This document shows positions 17,210-25,147 of a DNA stretch of 64,000 nucleotides, in pieces. The notes below the pieces were generated by a model. It searched no databases. It had not been told where the DNA came from and saw nothing but the letters and a program-made list of their open reading frames with translations. How positions within the stretch are numbered: the first letter of the stretch is position 1; every line of letters begins with the position of its first letter. Position numbers and translations under genes: made by a program. The DNA lies in NCBI GenBank assembly GCA_016219275.1, contig JACRBM010000033.1, forward strand, positions 50,843 to 114,842, read 5' to 3'. This stretch comes from Chloroflexota bacterium. GTDB taxonomy: Bacteria; Chloroflexota; Anaerolineae; UBA4142.

Positions 17210-17285
17210 TCCTACTAAGCCAGTAGGATTTGTAGGAATATAGACGTTCTAGTCCACTTCACACAGCATACTTTGGAGACACATC

Positions 17286-18314
17286 GTGACTTTGTTCAAA
17301 TCGTCGTTCATGTTGCTCGTGATGGCTTGGGCGCTCATCGGCTGCGCCAATCAAGCGCCCGCTACGCCCAGCGTCGTCCGCTTCGGTTACTTTCCAAATA
17401 TCACGCACGCCCAAGCCGTCATTGGTATCGCCGACGGCACATTTCAGCGCGCGCTCGGCGACGGCATCAAGATTAACGCGAAAGTATTCAACGCGGGTCC
17501 ATCGGTCATCGAAGCATTGTTTGCCGGTCAGCTCGATCTTGCGTTCATCGGTCCGAATCCCGCGATCAACGGGTTCGTGAAATCAAAAGGCGAAGCGCTG
17601 CGCATCATCGCCGGCGCGACGAGCGGCGGTGCGGCGCTTGTCGTGCGCGCGGATGCGGGACTGAACTCGCCCGCCGATTTTCGCGGCAAGAAAATCGCGA
17701 CGCCGCAACTGGGCAATACGCAAGACGTGGCAGCGCGCGCGTGGTTGCTGCAACAGGGGTTCAAGTTCAAGGAGCACGGCGGCGACACCCAGGTTATCCC
17801 GACTGCCAACCCAGACATCCTCGCGCTGTTTCTCAAAAAAGAAATTGACGCGGCATGGGTCCCCGAACCCTGGGGTGCGCGACTCGTCCGCGAGGCAAAC
17901 GGCAAGATTTTTCTCGACGAACGCGAACTGTGGCAAGGTAGCAAGTTCGTCACCGCGCAAATAATCGTTAGCTCAAAATTTTTGAAGGCGAATCCTGAGA
18001 TCGTCAAGCAATTTCTCGTCGCGCACGTCGAACTGACACAACGCATCAACAACGATCCCGCCACGGCGAAGCAAAAACTCAACGCGGAAATCTTGCGCCT
18101 CACCAACGCGGCATTGTCGAACGACGTGTTGAACGACGCGTGGACGCGACAAACGATTACGTACGATCCTGTGCGCGCGTCACTGATCAGTTCGACAGAC
18201 GCCGCGTTCAAATTGGGCTTTCTCGGCGACACACCGCCGCAACTTGCCGCGGTTTACGAATTGACGATACTAAATCAAGTATTGAAAGAAAAAAATCTTC
18301 CATTGATTCAGTAG
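17286..18314 (+). CDS. ABC transporter substrate-binding lipoprotein, NMT1/SsuA/TauA (sulfonate/nitrate/taurine) type
   Basis: Lipobox ALIGC. FGYFPNITHA and NMT1-like pattern. First gene of a three-gene ABC operon. Confidence 0.8.
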   Translation: MTLFKSSFMLLVMAWALIGCANQAPATPSVVRFGYFPNITHAQAVIGIADGTFQRALGDGIKINAKVFNAGPSVIEALFAGQLDLAFIGPNPAINGFVKSKGEALRIIAGATSGGAALVVRADAGLNSPADFRGKKIATPQLGNTQDVAARAWLLQQGFKFKEHGGDTQVIPTANPDILALFLKKEIDAAWVPEPWGARLVREANGKIFLDERELWQGSKFVTAQIIVSSKFLKANPEIVKQFLVAHVELTQRINNDPATAKQKLNAEILRLTNAALSNDVLNDAWTRQTITYDPVRASLISSTDAAFKLGFLGDTPPQLAAVYELTILNQVLKEKNLPLIQ

Positions 18315-18361
18315 ATGACTACCGACTGCGATTCAGTCGGCGGTCGTTCGAAGGAGTATCG

Positions 18362-19183
18362 TTGAAGTTAGCAATCCGCGAGGTGGGCAAAACGTTTCAC
18401 AGCAAAAATGGCGCGATACCCGCGATTGACGCGATCACGCTCGACATGCGAGCGGGAGAATTCGTTTGCTTGCTCGGTCCCTCCGGGTGCGGCAAGTCTA
18501 CCTTGCTCAACCTGGTCGCGGGCTTGGATAAACCGACGCGCGGCGAAATTTTGACGGACGGCAAACGCGTGAACGGAACCGGCACCGATCGCGTAATGAT
18601 CTTTCAGAGCGCCGCGCTTTTTCCCTGGCTGAACGTGCGCGACAATGTCGAGTTCGGTATGCAAATGATTGGCAAACCTTCCGCACAACGACGCGAGACC
18701 GCGCGACATTTTCTCGCGATGGTGCATCTCACCGAATTCGAAAACGCGTATGTCCACGAATTGTCCGGCGGCATGAAGCAACGCGCCGCGATTGCGCGCG
18801 CGCTCGCGCTCGACCCGGACGTACTGTTGATGGACGAACCATTCGGCGCGCTCGACGCGCAAACGCGCGACATACTGCACGGTGAATTGCAGGCAATTTG
18901 GCGCGCGACGAATAAAACGATTCTCTTCGTCACTCACAACGTCCGCGAAGCCATCGTGCTCGGCGACCGCGTTGTCGTCTTTTCGGCGCGTCCGGCGCGC
19001 ATCAAACGCGAATGGACATTGGATTTGCCGCGTCCGCGCCAAATTGAAAGTTACGCCGTCGTGGATTTATCGCGCGAGATGATGGCTATGCTCAAAGACG
19101 ATGTGCTCGCCAGCCAACACGACTTGGTTACAAATCGTCTGCGCGAATTTGAAGCACAAATGGTAGGGGATGATGTGCTGTGA
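18362..19183 (+). CDS. ABC transporter ATP-binding protein (SsuB/TauB-like)
   Basis: TTG 18362 lies 5 nt after AAGGAG. Walker A GPSGCGKST, signature LSGGMKQR, Walker B LLMDEPFGALD. Confidence 0.85.
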   Translation: MKLAIREVGKTFHSKNGAIPAIDAITLDMRAGEFVCLLGPSGCGKSTLLNLVAGLDKPTRGEILTDGKRVNGTGTDRVMIFQSAALFPWLNVRDNVEFGMQMIGKPSAQRRETARHFLAMVHLTEFENAYVHELSGGMKQRAAIARALALDPDVLLMDEPFGALDAQTRDILHGELQAIWRATNKTILFVTHNVREAIVLGDRVVVFSARPARIKREWTLDLPRPRQIESYAVVDLSREMMAMLKDDVLASQHDLVTNRLREFEAQMVGDDVL

Positions 19184-19956
19184 ATCGTTCTACCATATTT
19201 CATAATCCACTCTTTCGCAAGCTTGCGTTCTTCGCCGCGTTGCTGATTGGATGGCAATTGCTGGCGATCCTGGGAATCTATCCCGAGTACGTTTTTCCAA
19301 CCCCACTCGGCGTCGCGCGCACGCTCACGCGCGGATTCCAAAATGGAACGTTCATCCTGGGAATCCTCACGAGCATGGAACGCATCATAATTGGGTTTGG
19401 CATCTCCGCGATACTCGGCACTACGCTAGGACTCGCGCTCGGTCGCATCCGCGTGCTCGACGACACCATCGGCGCGGTCGTGCTCGGTCTGCAAGCACTG
19501 CCTTCGATTTGTTGGCTGCCGCTCGCGCTGTTGTGGTTCGGGTTGAGCGAGACCGCGATGTTGTTCGTCGTCGTGATGGGCGCGTTGCTCGCCATCACGA
19601 CCGCGACCGAAGCCGGCGTCAAGAATACGCCGCCGCTTTACTTGCGCGCGGCGCGCAACCTCGGCGCACGCGGCTGGAAGATGTACGCGCGAGTGATCCT
19701 CCCTGCCGCGTTACCTTCGATCATCACGGGGATGAAACTGGGATGGTCCTTCGCGTGGCGCTCGTTGATGGCGGCGGAATTGCTCTACGTGTCGCTCGGC
19801 TTGGGACAATTGTTGACGATGGGACGCGAGTTGAATGATATGAGCCAGGTCATCGCGGTGATGTTCGTCATCATCGCGATTGGATTGATCGTGGACCGTC
19901 TCGTGTTCGCGCCGATTGAAGCGCGCGTGCGCGAACGATGGGGCTTGGTGGGATAA
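19180..19956 (+). CDS. ABC transporter permease (SsuC/TauC-like)
   Basis: GTGA start/stop overlap with the ATPase gene. Six hydrophobic segments and a BPD-type EAA-like loop (TEAGVKNTPPLYLRAARNLGA). Confidence 0.85.
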   Translation: MNRSTIFHNPLFRKLAFFAALLIGWQLLAILGIYPEYVFPTPLGVARTLTRGFQNGTFILGILTSMERIIIGFGISAILGTTLGLALGRIRVLDDTIGAVVLGLQALPSICWLPLALLWFGLSETAMLFVVVMGALLAITTATEAGVKNTPPLYLRAARNLGARGWKMYARVILPAALPSIITGMKLGWSFAWRSLMAAELLYVSLGLGQLLTMGRELNDMSQVIAVMFVIIAIGLIVDRLVFAPIEARVRERWGLVG

Positions 19957-19962
19957 TCAGAA

Positions 19963-20001
19963 AAAGACCCTGCGGGTTTCGTAGACCCGCAGGGTCTTTT
20001 C
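19963..20001. terminator. bidirectional terminator hairpin
   Basis: AAAAGACCCTGCGGGT (19963-19978) / ACCCGCAGGGTCTTTT (19986-20001), between convergent genes. Confidence 0.7.
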
Positions 20002-21382
20002 ATGTTGTCGGTACCGTAAACCAAAACCTGCTTCCCTTGCCACGTTCACTCTCCACGCCGATTTTTCCACCCATCGCTTCAATCAACGATTTCGCGATCG
20101 CTAACCCCAAGCCAGTCCCGCCACTCGCACGCGCGCGCGATTTGTCGCCGCGATAAAATCGGTCGAACACGCGCGGCAAATCTTCCGGCGCGATGCCATC
20201 GCCAGTGTCCTGGACGCTCACCGTCACAAATTCTGGTTGACCATCGAACACGGAACACCGAACACGAATCGCTCCCCCACTCGGCGTGTGCCGCAACGCG
20301 TTTGATAGCAAGTTCCGGAAAACCTGGGCAAGCCGATCTGGGTCGGCGCGCGCGAGCAACGCGTCCGATGCATCACACGTCACGCGTACATTCTGCAAAT
20401 CCGCCGCCGCTTGGAAATTCGCGACTGCCGTTTGCGCGAGCGCGGCAACCTCCACCGCCTGCACATTGAGCGGCAGTTGCCCCGACTCGGCGAGCGAAAG
20501 CTCGCGCAGATCGTTGACGAGCCGCGCGAGCACGCGCGTTTCGTCGTACAGCGTCGCGATTTCCGCGCGGTCGAGCGGGTACACTTCATCGAGCATCGCA
20601 CTCAGGTTGCCTTGCAGAACGGTGAGCGGTGTTCGCAATTCGTGCGCGATGTCCGCCATCAAATTTCGGCGCAAGGTTTCCGCGCGTTGTAGTTCGTCCG
20701 CCATCGTGTTGAACTCGCGCGCGACCTCGGCGATTTCCTCCGCGCCGCGTACCGATGCACGCGCGTGCCAATCGCGCGCGGCGAACCCACGCGCGGCTTG
20801 CGCGACCTGCGCGAGCGGCGCGGCAACCGTGCGGCTGATGACGAGTCCCAATAAAACGCCAAGCGTGCTCGCAATCAGCCCGGCAACGATAAAGCCCACG
20901 CGTAATTGATCGAGAAATGCTTGCTCGCCCGGCGCAAGTGCGCCGCGCCCTTGCGAACCGAACAACAAATACCCAACTGTCTTTCCATCCGAAACGACTT
21001 GCAACGCGCCGGCGCGATCCTCCGGGCTGATCGTCGTTCCGACCATTGTGCCGCGTTCATCGAACACCACACGTCCGCTCGCATCGGCGAGCACGAGCGG
21101 CGGACGTCCGCGACCCTGGCTCGCTTGTCCGCGTCCGCGTCCCGCCGGCAAAACCAGGTTTGCATTCACCAGCATCGTCTCGACGCCATCCCAGGTTCCA
21201 CGCTGTTGATAAAACGCCGCCAGCGCGTCGAGCGCGCCACTCTGCGTGAGTGCGTCTTGGCGCGCGAGATATTGGCGAAACGTATTGTTCGCGCTCCAAT
21301 CCGCGATCAACGCGACGACGGCAACGCCGACGAGTGTGACGATCAGAAACGCGAGCGTGAGACGAACCCAGAGGCGATTCAT
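20000..21382 (-). CDS. sensor histidine kinase (TM, HAMP, HisKA, HATPase_c)
   Basis: H-box ADIAHELRTPLT; G-box GGTGLGLAIAKSLIEAMGG; N-terminal TM helices. Confidence 0.9.
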   Translation of the reverse strand: MNRLWVRLTLAFLIVTLVGVAVVALIADWSANNTFRQYLARQDALTQSGALDALAAFYQQRGTWDGVETMLVNANLVLPAGRGRGQASQGRGRPPLVLADASGRVVFDERGTMVGTTISPEDRAGALQVVSDGKTVGYLLFGSQGRGALAPGEQAFLDQLRVGFIVAGLIASTLGVLLGLVISRTVAAPLAQVAQAARGFAARDWHARASVRGAEEIAEVAREFNTMADELQRAETLRRNLMADIAHELRTPLTVLQGNLSAMLDEVYPLDRAEIATLYDETRVLARLVNDLRELSLAESGQLPLNVQAVEVAALAQTAVANFQAAADLQNVRVTCDASDALLARADPDRLAQVFRNLLSNALRHTPSGGAIRVRCSVFDGQPEFVTVSVQDTGDGIAPEDLPRVFDRFYRGDKSRARASGGTGLGLAIAKSLIEAMGGKIGVESERGKGSRFWFTVPTT

Positions 21383-22086
21383 TTTTTCTTTTTGCCTTCG
21401 TCGTTCAAACGATAACCGACGCCAAACACCGTCTCGATGTACTGCGGGTCGCTTGGGTCATCCTCGATTTTTTTGCGGAGATTTTTGATGTGGCTGTCGA
21501 GCGTGCGCTCCAATCCTTCGTACGCATAACCGAGCGCCTTTTCGATCAACTCGCCGCGCGTGAACGCGTGATTCGGATTTTCCATCAGCGTTTTGAGCAG
21601 AGCAAATTCGGTCGGCGTCATTTCGAGCGCGTTGCCGTTGATGCTCGCGGTATGCCGATCTGCGTCGAGGCGCAGTTTGCAAATTTCGATGACACGCGAC
21701 GCGGCGGGCGCGGCGCTGGATCGGCGCAGAATTGCGCGCACGCGCGCGACGACTTCGCGCGGATTGAACGGCTTGGTCAGATAATCGTCCGCGCCGAGTT
21801 CGAGACCCAGGATTTTGTCGGTGTCTTCGATGCGCGCGGTCAGCATCAAAATCGGCGTCGCCGCGAGATTCGCGTCCGCGCGAATCGCCTGGGTGATGTC
21901 CCAGCCGTCCTTGCCCGGCAACATCAAATCGAGCACGACAAGATCAGGGCGTTCGTGGCGAATAATGCGGAGCGCGTTTTCACCGTCGAACGCGGTCAGC
22001 ACCACGAACCCAGATTTTTCGAGATACGATTGAACGAGTCGGACGATTTGTTTGTCGTCGTCCACGACGAGGATGCGAGTTGCCAT
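21379..22086 (-). CDS. OmpR-family response regulator
   Basis: Receiver ILVVDDD...DLVVLDLMLPGKDG; winged helix ending ETVFGVGYRL. 4-nt overlap with the kinase gene. Confidence 0.9.
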   Translation of the reverse strand: MATRILVVDDDKQIVRLVQSYLEKSGFVVLTAFDGENALRIIRHERPDLVVLDLMLPGKDGWDITQAIRADANLAATPILMLTARIEDTDKILGLELGADDYLTKPFNPREVVARVRAILRRSSAAPAASRVIEICKLRLDADRHTASINGNALEMTPTEFALLKTLMENPNHAFTRGELIEKALGYAYEGLERTLDSHIKNLRKKIEDDPSDPQYIETVFGVGYRLNDEGKKKK

Positions 22087-22121
22087 TGGGAATTTTCGAT
22101 TTTCGATTTTGGATTTTGGAT
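22087..22121. repeat. tandem heptamer array (TTTCGAT/TTTGGAT x5) abutting the response-regulator start codon
   Basis: TGGGAAT TTTCGAT TTTCGAT TTTGGAT TTTGGAT immediately 5' of ATG 22086 (minus-strand gene). Confidence 0.7.
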
Positions 22122-22154
22122 TGACCGATGCTGATTATAGCATAAACCGTGAAT

Positions 22155-22192
22155 CGTGAGGCGTGATGCGTAAACCGGTCTCACGCCTCACG
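22155..22192 (-). terminator. 12-bp hairpin built of GTGANNC heptamers
   Basis: CGTGAGGCGTGA (22155-22166) / TCACGCCTCACG (22181-22192), just downstream of the stop at 22202. Confidence 0.5.
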
Positions 22193-22201
22193 CTTCACAA
22201 A

Positions 22202-22864
22202 TTACTTTCCTTGCAACGCTTCCACAACTTTTTGCGCGTCCGTCACTTCGGAAATCTTGCCTTGCGAAACGAGATCGCGCAACGCGATTTCCGGATTCGT
22301 GTCCGCTGAGAGCTTCAGCCCTTCGAGAATTTTCGCGAGCGGCACGCCGGTCTGTTCACTCACCGAACGCAGAGTCATGCTTCCTTTGATCTGGCTCGCT
22401 GGGAGAATTTGTCCGGCAGGCATTGGCGTCGGTCCCGTCCCAGTGCCGGTACCCGCCGTGTGTGTCGCGGTCGCGGCGGGTGTCGCCGCGGGAGTTGCCG
22501 CTTGCGCCGGCGCGGATGTCGTCGCAGCCGGTGCAGTCGTCGTCCCACGTTGCGCGGTCAGCGCGTCACGCAGAACCGACGTTTCGAATCCTGGGACGAG
22601 TTTTTCCAAATCTTTGAGCGGCGTCGTCAACGGCGTATCGGCTGGAATGTTGCCTGCCGCGTAAACCTGCTCTTTGGAAATCTGCAAACCATCCACCACT
22701 TGTTGCAGAGTCATCCACCCCTTGAGATCGGCAGGCGTTAACTTTTCGAGATTGACCGAGGTCTTGCCACTCGTTGACCACTGACCCATCGCTTGTGCAG
22801 TGAATACAGTCCCCTGCATTGCCATGATCAGGATGATCGGCATGAAAAATGGATTGACACGCAT
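22202..22864 (-). CDS. secreted protein with an internally duplicated domain and an Ala/Thr/Pro linker; function unknown
   Basis: Signal-like N-terminus. Two related segments (KGWMTLQQVVDGLQISKEQV... and KGSMTLRSVSEQTGVPLAKI...) separated by TTAPAATTSAPAQAATPAATPAATATH. Confidence 0.6.
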   Translation of the reverse strand: MRVNPFFMPIILIMAMQGTVFTAQAMGQWSTSGKTSVNLEKLTPADLKGWMTLQQVVDGLQISKEQVYAAGNIPADTPLTTPLKDLEKLVPGFETSVLRDALTAQRGTTTAPAATTSAPAQAATPAATPAATATHTAGTGTGTGPTPMPAGQILPASQIKGSMTLRSVSEQTGVPLAKILEGLKLSADTNPEIALRDLVSQGKISEVTDAQKVVEALQGK

Positions 22865-22874
22865 TTTGGCTCCT

Positions 22875-23786
22875 TTATTTTCCGGCTTGCGCGGAATTGA
22901 GATTCGGCAACCACACCGGCGCGATCTTGACTTCGAGTGTCGCGTGACGCGGACATGACTCGACGCACTGCAAGCAACCGATACAATCGCTGCTGATGCG
23001 ATCCACCGTTGCGACCGGCAATTTCACCGGGCACGATTTTTCGCAGACGTTGCATCCTTTGCACGCCGCGCCGTTGCGTTGAATTCGCAAGACGCTCAAC
23101 TTGCCGACCAGACTAATCGCGCCGCCAAGCGGACACGTGTAGCGACACCACGCGCGTTCGACAAAGAGCGAGGCGACAAGCACGACGAGGACAAACGCGT
23201 ATGCGAACCAACTCGTAGACAGATCGAACTCGAACAACCAACCCAGACCGAACAGTGTGCGATACGGATCCCAATCGGCGAACCAGAGTTTGACCGTGAA
23301 GATCGTTTGATAGAGCACGAGCGCGAGAACGACATAGCGACCATAGCGCAAAATTTTGTCGAGCCATTCGGGTACGCTGATTTCTTTGATGCGAAGTTTG
23401 TTCCGCACCCAGGTCATCAAATCCTGCACCGCACCAAACGGACAGACCCAGCCGCAGAACGCGCCGCCCGCGAGCAGAACACCCAGCAACAAACCGCCGC
23501 CCAGGATGAGATTGGAGAGATGCGTTTTGGAAACGTACTGACCACCGCTCGACACCCAGCGCCAAAAAGTTTCGACGCCGCCGAACGGGCACAGCGCATC
23601 AATCGAAGCGACCGCGCCATCTTCCGTCGCGAGGTTATGCATCACGCTCAACGCGAGGATGAAGCCGGCGAACGCAAGTTGAGTTAGGCGACGCGCGCGT
23701 TCGCTCCACATCATTTTGAATCGCCGCAGTGCGGCGGGTGTTTTTGGTTTGAGATCGAGAAACAAGTTGTTCGTGGACATTCGCAT
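22875..23786 (-). CDS. polytopic membrane 4Fe-4S ferredoxin-type protein (NapH/MauN-like)
   Basis: Membrane CPFG/CPLG motifs (LCPFGG, VCPFGA, TCPLGG). Two CxxCxxCxxxCP clusters (CKGCNVCEKSCP, CIGCLQCVESCP). ATG 23786 or 23780 follows AGGAGG. Confidence 0.75.
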   Translation of the reverse strand: MRMSTNNLFLDLKPKTPAALRRFKMMWSERARRLTQLAFAGFILALSVMHNLATEDGAVASIDALCPFGGVETFWRWVSSGGQYVSKTHLSNLILGGGLLLGVLLAGGAFCGWVCPFGAVQDLMTWVRNKLRIKEISVPEWLDKILRYGRYVVLALVLYQTIFTVKLWFADWDPYRTLFGLGWLFEFDLSTSWFAYAFVLVVLVASLFVERAWCRYTCPLGGAISLVGKLSVLRIQRNGAACKGCNVCEKSCPVKLPVATVDRISSDCIGCLQCVESCPRHATLEVKIAPVWLPNLNSAQAGK

Positions 23787-23879
23787 TGCCTCCTGTTTTG
23801 TTGTCTGCATCATACAAGAGGCGTGTGGAAGAGTGATGGAGAAGCGATAGACGCGCGATGGAAATCGTCCTAGCAACAA

Positions 23880-23910
23880 GAGACCAGGTTTCTTGGAGAA
23901 ACCTGGTCTC
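23880..23910 (-). terminator. hairpin of the AGAAACCAGGTTTCT family
   Basis: GAGACCAGGTTTC (23880-23892) / GAAACCTGGTCTC (23898-23910). Confidence 0.6.
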
Positions 23911-23939
23911 TGTCGAACAACTTGTGCAAGTTTGCGTTT

Positions 23940-24749
23940 TTATACAGCGTGAATGAGCGTCCCTTCATCAAACGATTCATCCATCAGCGCGCGCGCGATC
24001 ACTCCCTCACGCAACGCACTGATAATCCGCACACGAATCATCGGCGCGTGTTCGACAAGCGCGACCATGCCTTGCACCTTGGCGAGCATTCCTCCCGTCA
24101 CATCAATCCCATGCGACCCTTGCAACTGCGCGATGATGTGCGGAAAATTTCCGGGCGTGATTTCGCGAATCAACTGCGCGGACGCGTCCTCGAATGGATC
24201 GGCAGTAAACACACCATCCACGATTCCCGCAAGTAGAATGCGCGTGGGCTTCAGCACCGGCGCGAGGTACGCGAATATCATTTCGGTGGACGCGATGGAC
24301 ATGCGACGCGTTTCGTCGAACGCGACATCGCCATGCACGAGCGGTACGAGTCCGTGCTTGAGCGCGGTCTCAATCGGCGTGGTCGCGAGTTCGACGAGCT
24401 GCCCATCGCGACAACGCGCGGACGCAGAGGGTTGCATCGCCACGACGGGAATATCTTCCGCGAGAAATGCATCGGTGACGATGCGCGTGAGCCGCGCCGC
24501 CGCCGCGCCGGTTTCCGCGTACGCGCGCCAATCACCTTGCGCGCCGAAACCGGATTTCCGCGCGGCAAAGTGACCGAACGACCCGCTCCCGTGACCGATC
24601 AAGAGTTCGAGCGCGGGATTCGATTCGCGCGCGTGTTTCACCTCGCGCGCGATTTGCCGAATCACATCCAGGCGCGCGGTCGCCTCGCGCGTCTTGTCCG
24701 TAATCGCCGAGCCGCCTAGCTTAAGAAAGATCACATCACACTCCGTCAC
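23940..24749 (-). CDS. isopentenyl phosphate kinase (amino-acid kinase family)
   Basis: N-terminal FLKLGGSAITDK and HGSGSFGH motifs; about 269 aa. Confidence 0.75.
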   Translation of the reverse strand: MTECDVIFLKLGGSAITDKTREATARLDVIRQIAREVKHARESNPALELLIGHGSGSFGHFAARKSGFGAQGDWRAYAETGAAAARLTRIVTDAFLAEDIPVVAMQPSASARCRDGQLVELATTPIETALKHGLVPLVHGDVAFDETRRMSIASTEMIFAYLAPVLKPTRILLAGIVDGVFTADPFEDASAQLIREITPGNFPHIIAQLQGSHGIDVTGGMLAKVQGMVALVEHAPMIRVRIISALREGVIARALMDESFDEGTLIHAV

Positions 24750-25147
24750 TTCGCGAAAATCACAATCACCCGCGCGACGAGATCCCGCCGATTGTTGCCT
24801 GGGTCGCCCCAGATCGCCAAGCTGACACCAGGTCGCAGATCGGCAAACGTCGCGGGCGCGCCTTCACTGCCGCGTCGCACCGTCGTCTTGTCCGTCAAGC
24901 CAATCGTGCGCGGACCTTGCGCGGTCGTCACCGTCAAAGTATTCTCGCCGTAGAATTCCAAAACGCCAAGCACATTCGGCGACCCTGTCGCGCCGGCGAT
25001 GCCCGCGTTCGGTAACTTGCCTTGCGCTTGCACGTTCCGCGCGATGCCCATCACGCCGAACGACAACGCGCAGACGAGCATCAACGCGATGAGAAAAGTC
25101 GCGCCACAACCGATCATGATTTTGCGTGACATTCCCCCGCCCATCAT
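24746..25147 (-). CDS. small membrane-anchored protein, function unknown
   Basis: ATGATGA start/stop overlap with the upstream gene. One TM helix (IMIGCGATFLIALMLVCALSF) plus a beta-rich ectodomain. Confidence 0.55.
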   Translation of the reverse strand: MMGGGMSRKIMIGCGATFLIALMLVCALSFGVMGIARNVQAQGKLPNAGIAGATGSPNVLGVLEFYGENTLTVTTAQGPRTIGLTDKTTVRRGSEGAPATFADLRPGVSLAIWGDPGNNRRDLVARVIVIFAK

